Shown: piece after piece, positions 1-11,146 of the stretch
Layout of the letters: each line of letters begins with the position of its first letter
Numbering within the stretch: position 1 is the stretch's first letter
Source: Phoronis australis
Taxonomy: Eukaryota > Animalia > Phoronida
Direction: 5' to 3'
Assembly (NCBI GenBank): GCA_002633005.1
Contig: NMRA01000230.1
Span: 447,271 to 511,270, forward strand
Length of the DNA: 64,000 nucleotides
Translations under genes and position numbers: made by a program
Notes under the pieces: generated by a model
What the model saw: only the letters and a program-made list of their open reading frames with translations
Told to the model about the DNA's origin: nothing
The model's database searches: none

Positions 1-599
1 GATACAGGTTATCCAAATCGGAATCGCCATTAAACAGAAACTAGAAGGATCAAATGGGACTAAATACCAGAAAATTTTATACATAAATATTCGGATATTA
101 ATGAAGTATGATGCAAAGGACGGAAAGACTGCACCTGGTTGGATCTTCATTCAATTGTTAAAAGTCATCACATTTGAGTGGTGCGGCGGTCATTTTCGGT
201 CCCCAGGTGTCCTGTTTTATGGTGGGGGAGTCATGTTTTTAACTGTATCGGTCCCTTTTGCTGGTCTGTAAGTCCCATTTCCTTTGTTTTGTGGTGAGGA
301 AGTCTGGATGATTCTGAAGATGTAGGTACTTGTCAAAACAATGACTCCAGCTCTGTAGGCCTACATCTGAAAATTCGCGACTAGCTATGACGCGTACAGG
401 AGTTGAGATAAAAAAACCTTCGTGACAAGAGCTCGACTCACACTAATAAATCCCGTGATTCACACGGCCTGTGGACGAAGGGGCCACGCATTGGACTGGT
501 CCCACTAGGGACAAAACTCAGATATTCTAGCAAAGGAAAATGGTATTTCACATTTTTTGTGGGGACTGAAACCAACATATGAGATGAAATAAAGTGGAG

Positions 600-1873
600 T
601 CACAAACTAACATTACAACTATTACTTAAATATATTGATCTATTTACACCGACCTCTTGTCTATTTACATTGTGACGACATTTCGGTCGATCTATTTTCC
701 GGCCATCGTCAGGTGTTCCTGCGTTCTTAGAAGAACGAACACGGATATGTGGCACACTCATCATGGTGGGATTTTTTTGAACCCACAACTTCTGAAACTA
801 CACTTATATTCTTACTCCATCACCTTAAGCACTACACAACTGATTTTCGTTATACTTAAACTTTCTTAAGTAGACTGACCCACGTGTCACTTGGCTGTTT
901 GCTTGGCTTACTGAAGACGTTGCCTCATTCTTTCATGTACGTGGCTTCCTTGATCTTTGTCTTGGTCCAACCTGTTTCACTGTCAAGTATTCTGATATAA
1001 TTCCACTGGATATTGTGTTGTTTCAACTACACGTGTTCTGCTACTGCTGATGAGGTATTACCCTATGTACAACACCTCTTATGTTCAGCAATTCTCATCT
1101 CCAGTGGTCTTAATATTTCACCGACGTACGGTTCATCCCATTCACATGGGATTTCATTCATGGCATTTTTCTTTTTCCCCATGGCAGTTCTTGGTTTGAC
1201 TTTTGCCGACCCAGTGTGTCTGAGCTGCGGTATACTGTTCTTATTCTTTACATATCCGTCCTAGCTACTCGGTTATTCCGGGTACATATGATAAACACAT
1301 AGTCTGCAGTTGGCGTTCTTCTGCCACATTCTCTTTTTTCTGCGATGTTAAAGCCGACTCGATGAAATCCCTTGGGTAGCCACTTCTTTCGAATGTCTCC
1401 GTAAGCTTGATCCCTTCTGCCTGGAGTGCTGTAGCACTGCAGGTTTCTTTTGATCTTGATGCAAGGCATTTGATTATACCCTTCTTTAGTCATTTGGTGT
1501 GGTTGGAGTTGAAGTCGAGGTATCGCTCCTTCTGGGTCTCCTTATAGTAGACCGACGTTGTTAACTGTTATACAATAGGGCTATGCCGTTCACATGGCCA
1601 AGGAACTCTGATAGATTTTCTGAGTCTTGGCTGAATATTGTGAACGTGTCATCAATGCATCGTTTCCACATCATCAGGGGTCTGTTAGCTGAGCTGAGAT
1701 CTGTTTGTTCGAACCCCTCCATATAATGGAACCTATTGGGAGGTTCCATTGTGGAATTTGAGACATTCTGTGTCAATACCACCTATTTCCATTACCAAGA
1801 CAAGTTCTACGAGCAGACACAAGGAATGGCAATGGGTTCACCACTATCACCAGTCTTAGCTAACTTGTAAATG
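600..1873 (-). mobile_element. Decayed Penelope-like element (RT C-terminal half + GIY-YIG endonuclease) with an inverted 5' segment
   Basis: Minus-strand fragments read YMEGFEQ..WKRCIDDTF (RT YxDD region), TSVYYKETQKERYLDFNSNH, PYVPGITE, YEIPCECG and SAVAEHV..HNIQW..ILDSE..KIKEA (GIY-YIG). Plus-strand ~1771-1873 reads TTYFHYQDKFYEQTQGMAMGSPLSPVLANL. Many stops and frameshifts. Confidence 0.9.
677..713 (-). ncRNA. Degenerate minimal hammerhead ribozyme motif in the Penelope terminal repeat region
   Basis: Minus strand reads CCTGACGA-TGGCCG-gaaaatagat-CGACC-GAAATGTC. CUGANGA and GAAA cores are present and stem II has one mismatch. It lies 3' of the PLE ORF, where such motifs normally occur. 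Stem I pairing is poor. Confidence 0.5.
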
Positions 1874-2716
1874 AAAAATGCCAGAAACATAACCAGTCCT
1901 TATTGGCATTGCAATATGACAAAAACGTTCATATCTGCTATACGTTAATAATTATTTTCAAAATCCCAAAATTTACTTAGCTCTGTCAAAAGATATTTTC
2001 TTCGACGAGTTACACAAATCCGATGTATAATAAAGCTTTTAATAATAGCTTCCCTTTAATACAAGCCGGCGGTAAAGTTGCCTTGAAATAAGTAAAAGCC
2101 GGGTCTATTATAGAGACCCATCTAATGGAAGCCCCTCCAATAGGGGCCGCTTTTAACAAAAACCTGCCTTCAATTGAACTTTTAAGAAGGACATGCTGCA
2201 GTACTTTCAATTGGAAAAATTCTTTATTTCGGAAGCTGAATATGAAAGATTCAGCGGAAGATGGTCTTATTTGACTCGTTTTTTTTAATTAGGACGTGCG
2301 TGTGTGTGCAGGCGTGCGCGTGCGTGTTCAAATATGCATTTTTGTGTCAAATAATCATGCATTCCTTCTTATATATTTGTTTGTAAGCGTTATTAATGGT
2401 AATAGATAAAAATCAGGAACGGTCGATGTTCTATGGTGTTTAGATAGACATTCGATATACTACATGTATGTGTTAGGTATTCCCGCTAGGGGGCGGATTT
2501 GTGTTTTTCTTGAGTTCTGGTTGGTCTATGACGGTGAGTGGACGTGTATGGATTGTTATCTGAACACTGGGGCTGGACATTCTATTTCTAATGTTTTGTT
2601 TGTGATGAGCGTCTGCAACGGTGTGGACAGCTGCGTCTGCCTTTGTGCGTGAACCTTGACTGTAATATTTGGTGGAGGCTGTGGAAAGCTTGGGGACGCT
2701 TTTGGTGATCACGACT

Positions 2717-2983
2717 CAGGGGAGTATCCAGGATTTTGAGTTGGGGGGAAGGGCACAGGAATAACCAGAATTTCGCCACATGCGCGCCCAGCCTAAAATG
2801 TAGGGATCATTTGGGCTCGAATTTTTGGGTTTGTGGACCTTGTTACTAGAAAAACGGTAAATGGGATATTTCAGGGCCTATGCATTGTGCATTTGCCAGG
2901 CGAGCTCCTCTGGATGCGCACACGTGCAAGTCAGCAACTTAGGGGGAGCCTGGCCCCTCTGCCCCCCCCCTAATCCGCCACTA
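2717..2983. mobile_element. MITE-like element, CAG(G/T)GGCGGAT terminal family
   Basis: Left end caggggagtatccaggattttgagttgggggg, right end ccccctaatccgccacta, flanked on both sides by cgact (possible TSD). Related copies start at 29564, 33306, 42856 and 46380. Confidence 0.7.
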
Positions 2984-4189
2984 CGACTGAAGATACCGCA
3001 AGTTTCAAGTGATTGTGCTGGCGTACGACCCTGTCTTCGTCCCCCGTTTTGTGTAACTTTTCAAAATGTTTGTAAATAGGTTCATACATGTGAATATTGA
3101 ACATGCTCAATAGAAGGGTGGTTATATTTGTTTTATATTACCGCACTATGATACCCATTCACTCACTAACGGATAAAGCACCCTCATCCACCTACCTGTA
3201 CATGTATCGTCTATGTCAGCCTCCATGGACCACGATTTTAACGTATCCAAAGGTCCTTTCATACTAACGTCGACGTTCTGGACTTAGTCACGTGTCTTTT
3301 CGCTTTAACCGGTCATAAAACTGACAAATCCATTCTCCAATTTACAGTATGTCCGAGGAAAAATACTAATGTCAGCGTCAGTCAAGACAAACACATATAG
3401 CAGGCACAGCAATGACGTCACGACACAAGCTCGTTTAAAATGAACTGTTACAACTTATGAGTGAAGCACGGTTCACAACCCAATATCACGGATTTGAACC
3501 ATACTGCGCATTTTAGTACCTCTGGGATGATAAACAAAGCAGTAAAGTCCAAGCTCATTTTAAAAACCTGACGATCGCCGCACAAATAAAAAGTTCATAT
3601 TCAATTCAACGTTTCGTCTTTTCATTAGGCATCATCAGGATCATATTTGCAACAATTTAGGACAACAAGTGCCAACATACCGCTCAGGCAACATCCTGGC
3701 ATAGAGTGAAGTGAGAGATACATAGAATATAGTCCGGTTTTTAATCTTATTGTGGCCAAAAACTGATTTAAGCTCATTTTACCTTGCTTAAGGAATAAAT
3801 TCAGGAGCCTCTACTCTGGGGATAAACCAAGCAATAGTCTCACCGTAGATGACTTATTTGAAATGCATATTAAAAAGTACTGGTGCATAAGATAATATTT
3901 TTTCATATTTTTTAATAAAGGAAGTGTTTGCCTTCATCAAGATTTAAACAATTCTCATTAACTCTGTTCGAAATTTCAGACTTAAATTATACAGGGGTCA
4001 AAGGCACCGTTGAAAGCAATAACATGCGCGGATTTCTAGTGGAATTACTCGTAGGGTTGAAATGACATCTTGAGAACTCTATGATTGGTCAGGATTCTCA
4101 CCCGCTTTTCAGCCCTAAAATCTTCAACTTTAACTGGCAACACACAAATAGATAATTGAAAGAAAAAATTGATTTCCGATATGTACAGA

Positions 4190-4380
4190 CAATACAGTCT
4201 GGGTACGTTGGGAGAGGATCGAAGTGGGGAGAACCTAGGGCCGGGGAATATCAGGAGGAGTGAACACAGGGTCAGGGGAATATCAGGAGGAAGAAAAATA
4301 CACGTAGAAAATAGGTCCAGGGTAATAGGGTCCAGGGGACGTCGGCTGGGGAACAGGAATACAGTGCCTAGGAACAGTTG
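4190..4380 (+). repeat. Purine-rich degenerate minisatellite
   Basis: Recurrent ggggaatatcaggagga and aatagg(g)tccaggg units with strong G/A strand bias. Confidence 0.5.
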
Positions 4381-4659
4381 TACAGACCTCACAGTACATG
4401 TCAGATGAAGATACAACCCAACAATAACAATTTATGCTATCTTCTTCAAACTGGGCAACTGCACGAATTAGTACAATCGTTATGTCGAATTCGAATCATG
4501 TCAAAATTGGGTCACCTATCTACTTGACTCTTTTGAATAACTGAAGAACTTATTGCAGAGTAACTGAATATAGTGTTCAGTCATCAACGTTCATGTCTTA
4601 CCTGCCAATAATGAAAAATTATGAACTTGATGTGATCATTAAGACCACAGTTCTTTGAC

Positions 4660-5600
4660 AAACTCTCAAGGTAATACATTCTGAGTGTTGAAGTACAATA
4701 GTTTTTCAATTACTAGTAATGGTCATTGTAAAATTCACCAAGTTTGCATAGCATTTCCGCAATCGAAATCTTTTCACGTACAATTCTGAATATCTATCAT
4801 TTTTATCGGTATAAAGGTCATAAATGCAAAGACTCTTAACACAAACACGCACGCACGAAACGCACATACGCACCCTCTCCCACAGAATACCCGCCCACTT
4901 TAGGTAGGATGTTGTCCGGGAAGTTAAGGTTAGCCATTTTCTCCAGGTTGCCTGGTATTTATCTACGTTGCCATTACTTAATAAAACTCTTCTTTGAATG
5001 TGAAATTCTCTTTCTAATATCTTAAGAAAACGATAGAAACTGGGGATTATTTTTACACCTAGATACGTAAATAAAATATCTTAATTGCAAAAGAATCCAA
5101 TTTAAAGCCGTATTTTCGTTACTTATGAGCAAGCCAAAATCAGTGCTTTTTGTCAATAATCAAATTGATACTTTTTACAGACAACACCCAATTGCGTAAT
5201 TCTTCTATCAATATTTTTATATTATTGCATTCGAAAAGGATATGATCTACTGTTTCAGTTTGAGACTGGAAGAAAGTACACACAGCAGAGTGCCCAAGTT
5301 ATTTTTTAAGTAAATAATTAGTTGCAAGTATTCTATATAATAGTTTAAACCTCAGTGTACATCACTTGAAATCGTAAGTTGTTTTTAAAACTATTTTTAA
5401 AAGAGACAATGAATATAAAATTTCCAGTCATCACTTCCAAAGTAACAACCTTCTTCTTGAATCCTTTTTGGGCAATAGGCAAACTTTTGTTCTTGCAAAG
5501 AATTTCACATATCATTTTGCATTTTGAGGTGCAGTTCAAAAAATTACAAATGTTAAAATGTATTATTGGTCCATATATCTTAATTAACTGTATTGTGTAA
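4660..5600 (-). mobile_element. 3' fragment of an old L1/Tx1-type LINE (zf-RVT region, ORF2 C-terminus, 3' UTR)
   Basis: Minus strand encodes KNNLRFQ.. and C-terminal LKILEREFHIQRR..DKYQATWRKWL, then a GT-rich microsatellite. It is homologous to 17780-18150 plus 23500-23680. Confidence 0.7.
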
Positions 5601-5689
5601 TCTTTTGTATATAAACCATGATGTCACACCGTCAATTGCTCCAGAACTCAACTGTCCTGAAATCACAGTCAGTTGTTGCAATAAGCAAC

Positions 5690-6230
5690 CACCGTCCTGA
5701 AACCACAGTCAGTTGTTGCAATACGCAACCACTGAAATCACACTCAGTTGCTCCAGTACACAACAACTGTGTGTTTACTTGAGAGTAGTAAGAGTCGGAT
5801 GATTTCAACGTAAGTTCTTCGTCAACCACAGTGAGGTAGGGCATAGTAATACTTTTATATTGAGGGGAGGCACCGATTATGTCATCATCTCGCAGCCATT
5901 TCATTTTTGGGAAACTGTTGATCCTGCCCCAACTATTGTTCTATTCTCTTGTGAAATATTAAGGGGCATATTTGAAGGGGGTAGGGGATATTGCTCCCTT
6001 TTCCCGTCCCCTCCAGGGAATTATCAGGTGAACTTGGTGCGGGACGGTGTAGCAGAACACACTTCACTTATGCCCAGTATTCTAATTGTCTGCACTTGAA
6101 TGGTTGTTGCGTCCTTCACCAAATGCAAATATTTTCTTTCACATGTATACACATACACTGTCCGGAGGCTGAATTCAATCCGGGACACATAGTCACTTTG
6201 CATCCGTCATCGAATTCACAAGTCAGTTGA
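5690..6230 (-). pseudogene. YqaJ (lambda-exonuclease-like) recombinase fragment, probably from a DNA transposon
   Basis: Motifs IIGASP and LKSSDSYYSQVNTQLLCTGATECDF match YqaJ-type GASPDG and YYxQVQxQLxxTGxxxCDF. An upstream Cys/His cluster resembles a SWIM finger. Internally deleted. Confidence 0.7.
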
Positions 6231-9200
6231 GATATTTATTTTCCCACGAATTCTTTCCAGTTGTGGATCTACATGTATGATTGAGGGTTCGGGGACTTAG
6301 AACCCTTGAAAGTGCTGAAGTCACCAAGTTCATACCAAAACACCAGTATAAACCAACCACACCAGTTTATGAGCTGTCAAATTAGGACTACCGCAAACAC
6401 TATCTGACGATATACAATGTATCAATTAGCTGATCTCGAGTTACGGGCATTTATTGGTCGTTTATTATGACGTAGTATCGGGACAATCAATCACAGCAGT
6501 AGCCATCCTCCATTGTGTTTAGTGTAAAACGTCTTCAGATATTGCTGCTCATTTTCCCGTAGTTTGTGGTATAAGAAATAATGTCGTTGTGTTGGTGTTG
6601 GTTGTGATAACTCAATAGTTGACCACGCTGTGACTCTTTTCACTTTCTCGCGGGACATCAGAGAAGAGCAGATATGGCACAATTTTGTACATGAAACTCG
6701 CATGTTGATAGACATAACACACTGGCACTAGGTGCGTTCACTATATGTTACACCAGTGTCCGTATCGCTAAGAAACTCTCGTTTTCTTCTATTTTCTTGT
6801 TTTGGGGACATTGAATTCATGAATGTGATATGCCACGCTATTGAAGAGTGCCTGCCATACAATTTCTTAATTTTTGAGGTTTCAATTAGCTAATGTGAAA
6901 TGAATACCATAAACTCTCAGTAAATAAGCCTTTTTATGCAAAACAGTCGCAAATTTATTAATTGAAATAAACAGGTGACTGGGTGATGGTCACATTAAAA
7001 CGGACTTATTGTTGTTAATTACCCGGATGTAGACACTCCTCAATGATTAGAGCTATGGCGATAAATTAATGGCTTAACAATACTCTAGTGTCGTAATGGA
7101 GACGTTCATGTTCAAGTATATAATTGATGTGTTATCTTTTATAAACGAGAATTTGAACCGATAATGTTTTACACATCAACAATGCAACTCCTCATGAAAG
7201 GACGTGGAATAGGTCACATGATTACCGCAGACATTTTGTCGCTTTATTGTGATGAAATCGGTTCAATATTAAGCCAGTTCATATGTCCTGCTACTAGAGC
7301 CAGTCCAGTCTGTAGTGTGAATTTTTCAAGAGTTAAGGCGTTTAGGTATCATGGTGTCTTTCTGAGTTACGTGACCTCTTAGCGCGCGATATCATAATAA
7401 CACCTAAAATTTAAAAAAAATTACTAAGCCTGAAACGCTTATCGGAAAACTGAAATTTACTTAGCCAAAATCAGTTTTCTAAGTTAGTAACCAAAGTTGT
7501 TTAAGTTGCCGAGTTTAAAAGTTATGAACGTTTGGTTTTTGAAATTGCTGAGTACGTTTACCTTTATTCAAATTACAACAGGGTGCGCTGTGTCACGATC
7601 TGGGATCATTTAGTCGTAATGAATTATTATTGTGTGTCAAATTATGAAAAGGTGTCCTTTTGTATGCATTTCGGTGTCCGAAATTAGAGACTGGACTCCT
7701 ATAGAATAACAAACTTTTCCCGTACTGTGCAATGCGTTAACGTTGCAACGTCAAACTCAGTCAACATGTGTTCTGTTTCATGTACACTTTTTCGCTGATG
7801 CTTGGGTAGATGGTTTTGGCCTTTGTTTGCCACTCACGACGAGCACGTGATCTCCTTGAAAGAGGTATTCAAGACCTGCCTCTCAGCATAGTGACTAATC
7901 ACGTCCCCTTTACATGCAAAAATGATGCCTTTTCTGACAAAATTTCCCACGAGAGGGTAGTTTCTCCATTTAATTCTTCACAATAGGGCGCACTGTGGAA
8001 GTTCGAAACTCTACCGAAGTTTAATTTTTCTAAATAAGCAAGTCTACAGAAGGACATTTCAAATTATCCATTATCTCTAAAAATGTGGATCTAAAAGATG
8101 TGCTTGACAACACTGGTGTAGGCTAAACGGGTTAAAAATTCAGTTCTTTAAGATTCCATATTCCGACAAAAGGTGGCGTTTCCGGAACAAAACTGTACGG
8201 AAGGATAACCTTTTGACTGAAGCTCCCTACAAATGGTTCAATGCTTTCGAGTCCACTCTTTACATGGGTGTACTCATTTTCTAGATGTGCACCCAATCAA
8301 AAATATAATCCAATACCTGGGAGCAGAGATGCAAAAAACATAAAGTAATTTACTTTTACCAGCGTTTAGCATTTTTATTGCAAGTGTCAGGTAAATAGCA
8401 ATTATTATGGTGAAAACTATAACTTTTACTTGCGTGGTGACGTTTATTCGGCAATTTTAGAAACTACATGTATACAACAAAATATCAGTGAATTAAACCA
8501 AAACATGCAGTACTCCGACGAAGAACACCAGTTACACTGACAACGAACACGACAACTGCATTATGATCCACCATTCGTGTTTATAAGCAATGCTTTCTTT
8601 TAACGGAGCTACTCATGTTTCACGAATTACTACATTTACACATTCCCTTCGTACGCACTACCCAAAAGGGAAAAATATTCAGCCGCACAAAATATGACGC
8701 AAAATTTCCTATACCGTGATGGAAAATGGTTTTCATCAACAGAACTTGGACCCGTTCCAACAAAACTGACTTAGCTAAGACAAATCTTAAATTTTATTAA
8801 ATTTTAAAATAAAAGTTAAATTTATTTCAAAACCAATTCAAGAAAGAGATCTTAAGTTGACTTAAGTGTTTAACAGAAGTTTTGTCTTAATTTTGACACA
8901 CTTACCGAATGTGGAAGTTTCAAAGTTTAGAAGTTAAGACAAATCTTAAACTTAAGTAAAAAATGAACTTAAGTCAGCAGTAACCCTAGGAATAAAGAGT
9001 GTCAAAGTGTCAGCATTTCTGGCAGTGTTGAATAAAACTTGTAGAATTTGACTTCGTTATATAAACCACGACCATTTGTCTCCTTTCTAGTGGAAGAAGT
9101 CTATTGCCATTTTGCCACGGAAAATGTTTAGACCATGTGTTGACGTTTTACCGATTTATTTAACAATTTCCATTTTAGGTAGTGAGTGCAGAGGAAATAC

Positions 9201-9371
9201 GGTGAACAAAGTAATTCTACGTTACACAAGCTGAACATTAACTATGGAATGAAGCGAGATATGATTTTCAAGGCACTGTGTGTTTTTTAAGACAACGGTG
9301 CTTAGCACTTAAAATTGCAGATCAATGAACAGAAAAATCACCTACTGAGCTTTGTTGATTCTTCTTCTGCC

Positions 9372-9377
9372 TTTATT
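9372..9377 (-). promoter_or_regulatory. Candidate polyadenylation signal of the prohormone-like gene
   Basis: AATAAA on the minus strand about 470 nt after the stop codon. Confidence 0.4.
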
Positions 9378-9850
9378 TGTACACATGGCCATTGGCCCAA
9401 AGTACAACACACAAGCAAACAAGATCATTGGAGTGCTATGCACACTAGTCAGCAATACAAAAGCTACATAATATTCTATGAAATTTAAACAAAGAGGGAC
9501 TTGTTCAGGGGCTCTCACTTATAAACTTAACTCTGATTTTGGAAAAAGCGTCGCAAACTAACAAAAAGTGATATTCATTGTGCTGAAGATTTCGTAATAA
9601 ACATTAAAAAATATGACAAAACACCTTGCTACGTTCAAGCATGGGCATTAAAAGCGCAATCTGATGAATTTTGCAAAACGGAGAATCAGAGATTGCAAAC
9701 TAAGACTATCAAGTTGAAAACGTTCGCATTAGGTCCAAAAAGAATTCTCACCCAGTTCACAGTTGTAAGACGAAGGGATTACAAAAGCGCAAAACGTGAA
9801 TTATATTCTCAATAAAGCCCATTAAGACAAATCGGTTGCAATACATTGGC

Positions 9851-10213
9851 TCATGTAACAGTGCGTCGAGTGACGGTACGCTTGAACCAAGTATGAGGCC
9901 ACTTGAAGCGCTTTTGCGATTTCATCGGAGACGTTTCACCTTCGACCTTTCTCCCTTCGTCAAAAGCGTCGGCGTGGAAGTCAGACGACTGCGTGAAGGC
10001 CATTAGGACTTTGGTGGCGAAACACTCCTTGAAATCCATCTCTCTCGTGCAGCAATTCTTCGTGTACTCGGCACCCATGACGTCATAGCACCACTTACAT
10101 GCCTTGGCGGCGCCTGGATCTTGGTCGCACACGTTCATGAGCTTCTCGTTCAGAGGGCTGGCGATGCTTAATTCGATAAGCCACAACTGAAGTGTCACTA
10201 CAGTCACGAACAT
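9851..10213 (-). CDS. Secreted cysteine-rich neuropeptide/prohormone-like precursor, 120 aa, single coding exon
   Basis: Splice acceptor ttttttcag (minus strand, CAG at 10231-10229), then aagccATG. Signal peptide MFVTVVTLQLWLIELSIA, a six-Cys core C-x9-C-x2-C-x11-CC-x8-C, an acidic spacer with GRK, then KR-FKWPHTWF-KR. The ORF is uninterrupted and GC-richer than its flanks. Confidence 0.85.
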   Translation of the reverse strand: MFVTVVTLQLWLIELSIASPLNEKLMNVCDQDPGAAKACKWCYDVMGAEYTKNCCTREMDFKECFATKVLMAFTQSSDFHADAFDEGRKVEGETSPMKSQKRFKWPHTWFKRTVTRRTVT

Positions 10214-11146
10214 GGCTTGGGCAAAGGACTGAAAAAACATAGTTGTAAATGAATAACTGTAAAAAGGTTGCAGACTGCATTCAGGAAACAAGAAAACTCA
10301 TTGTGACTAATTTATGTAACAATGTAATCAGTGGGTGGAATATTATGACTATGTTATGTCAAAACAGTTTCTACTTTTGGTGAAATTATGGATGAAAGAC
10401 AGATATGGATAATGTTAAAAGACAAGAGAGCTTGCATTATTCAACGCCAATTTGAATTTCTACGGTTGGATTTTCTGTTGAATAGAATCGGCTGTCAAAA
10501 CAACACTAAATTTTTGAGGAAGACACTAAATAGTTTTAATTGACATTATTTTTTTCTTAAATGTACTGCTGAACGATAACTGAAACCAATACCTATGGGA
10601 CTATACTCGGAAGTTTTTCGAATAAGCCCACACAGATTTACTTCTCGAGCCACAANTCGATAAGCCACAACTGAAGTGTCACTACAGTCACGAACATGGC
10701 TTGGGCAAAGGACTGAAAAAACATAGTTGTAAATGAATAACTGTAAAAAGGTTGCAGACTGCATTCAGGAAACAAGAAAACTCATTGTGACTAATTTATG
10801 TAACAATGTAATCAGTGGGTGGAATAATATGACTATGTTATGTCAAAACAGTTTCTACTTTTGGTGAAATTATGGATGAAAGACAGATATGGATAATGTT
10901 AAAAGAGCAAGAGAGCTCGCATTATTCAACGACAATTTGAATTTTTACGGTTGGATTTTCTGTTGAATAGAATCGGCTGTCAAAACAACACTAAATTTTT
11001 GAGGAAGACACTAAATAGTTTTAATTGACATTATTTTTTTTCTTAAATATACTGCTGAACGATAACTGAAACCAATACCTACATGTATGGGACTATACTC
11101 GGAAGTTTTTCGAATAAGCCCACACAGATTTACTTCTCGAGCCACA
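10173..11146. repeat. Direct duplication (~480 bp) across the single N at 10656; probable haplotype overlap
   Basis: 10657-11146 repeats 10173-10655 with a few SNPs and indels, and the junction is exactly the N. Confidence 0.9.

Noticed and set aside
4045-4416. 123-aa ORF
   Set aside because: It overlaps a low-complexity minisatellite and has no domain signal.
10214-10291. N-terminal extension of the 146-aa ORF
   Set aside because: Most of it lies upstream of a strong splice acceptor and is intronic. The ATG at 10213 gives a proper signal peptide.
10657-10770. Second copy of the prohormone gene 5' end
   Set aside because: It starts exactly at a single-N join and is nearly identical, so it is allelic overlap rather than a paralogue.
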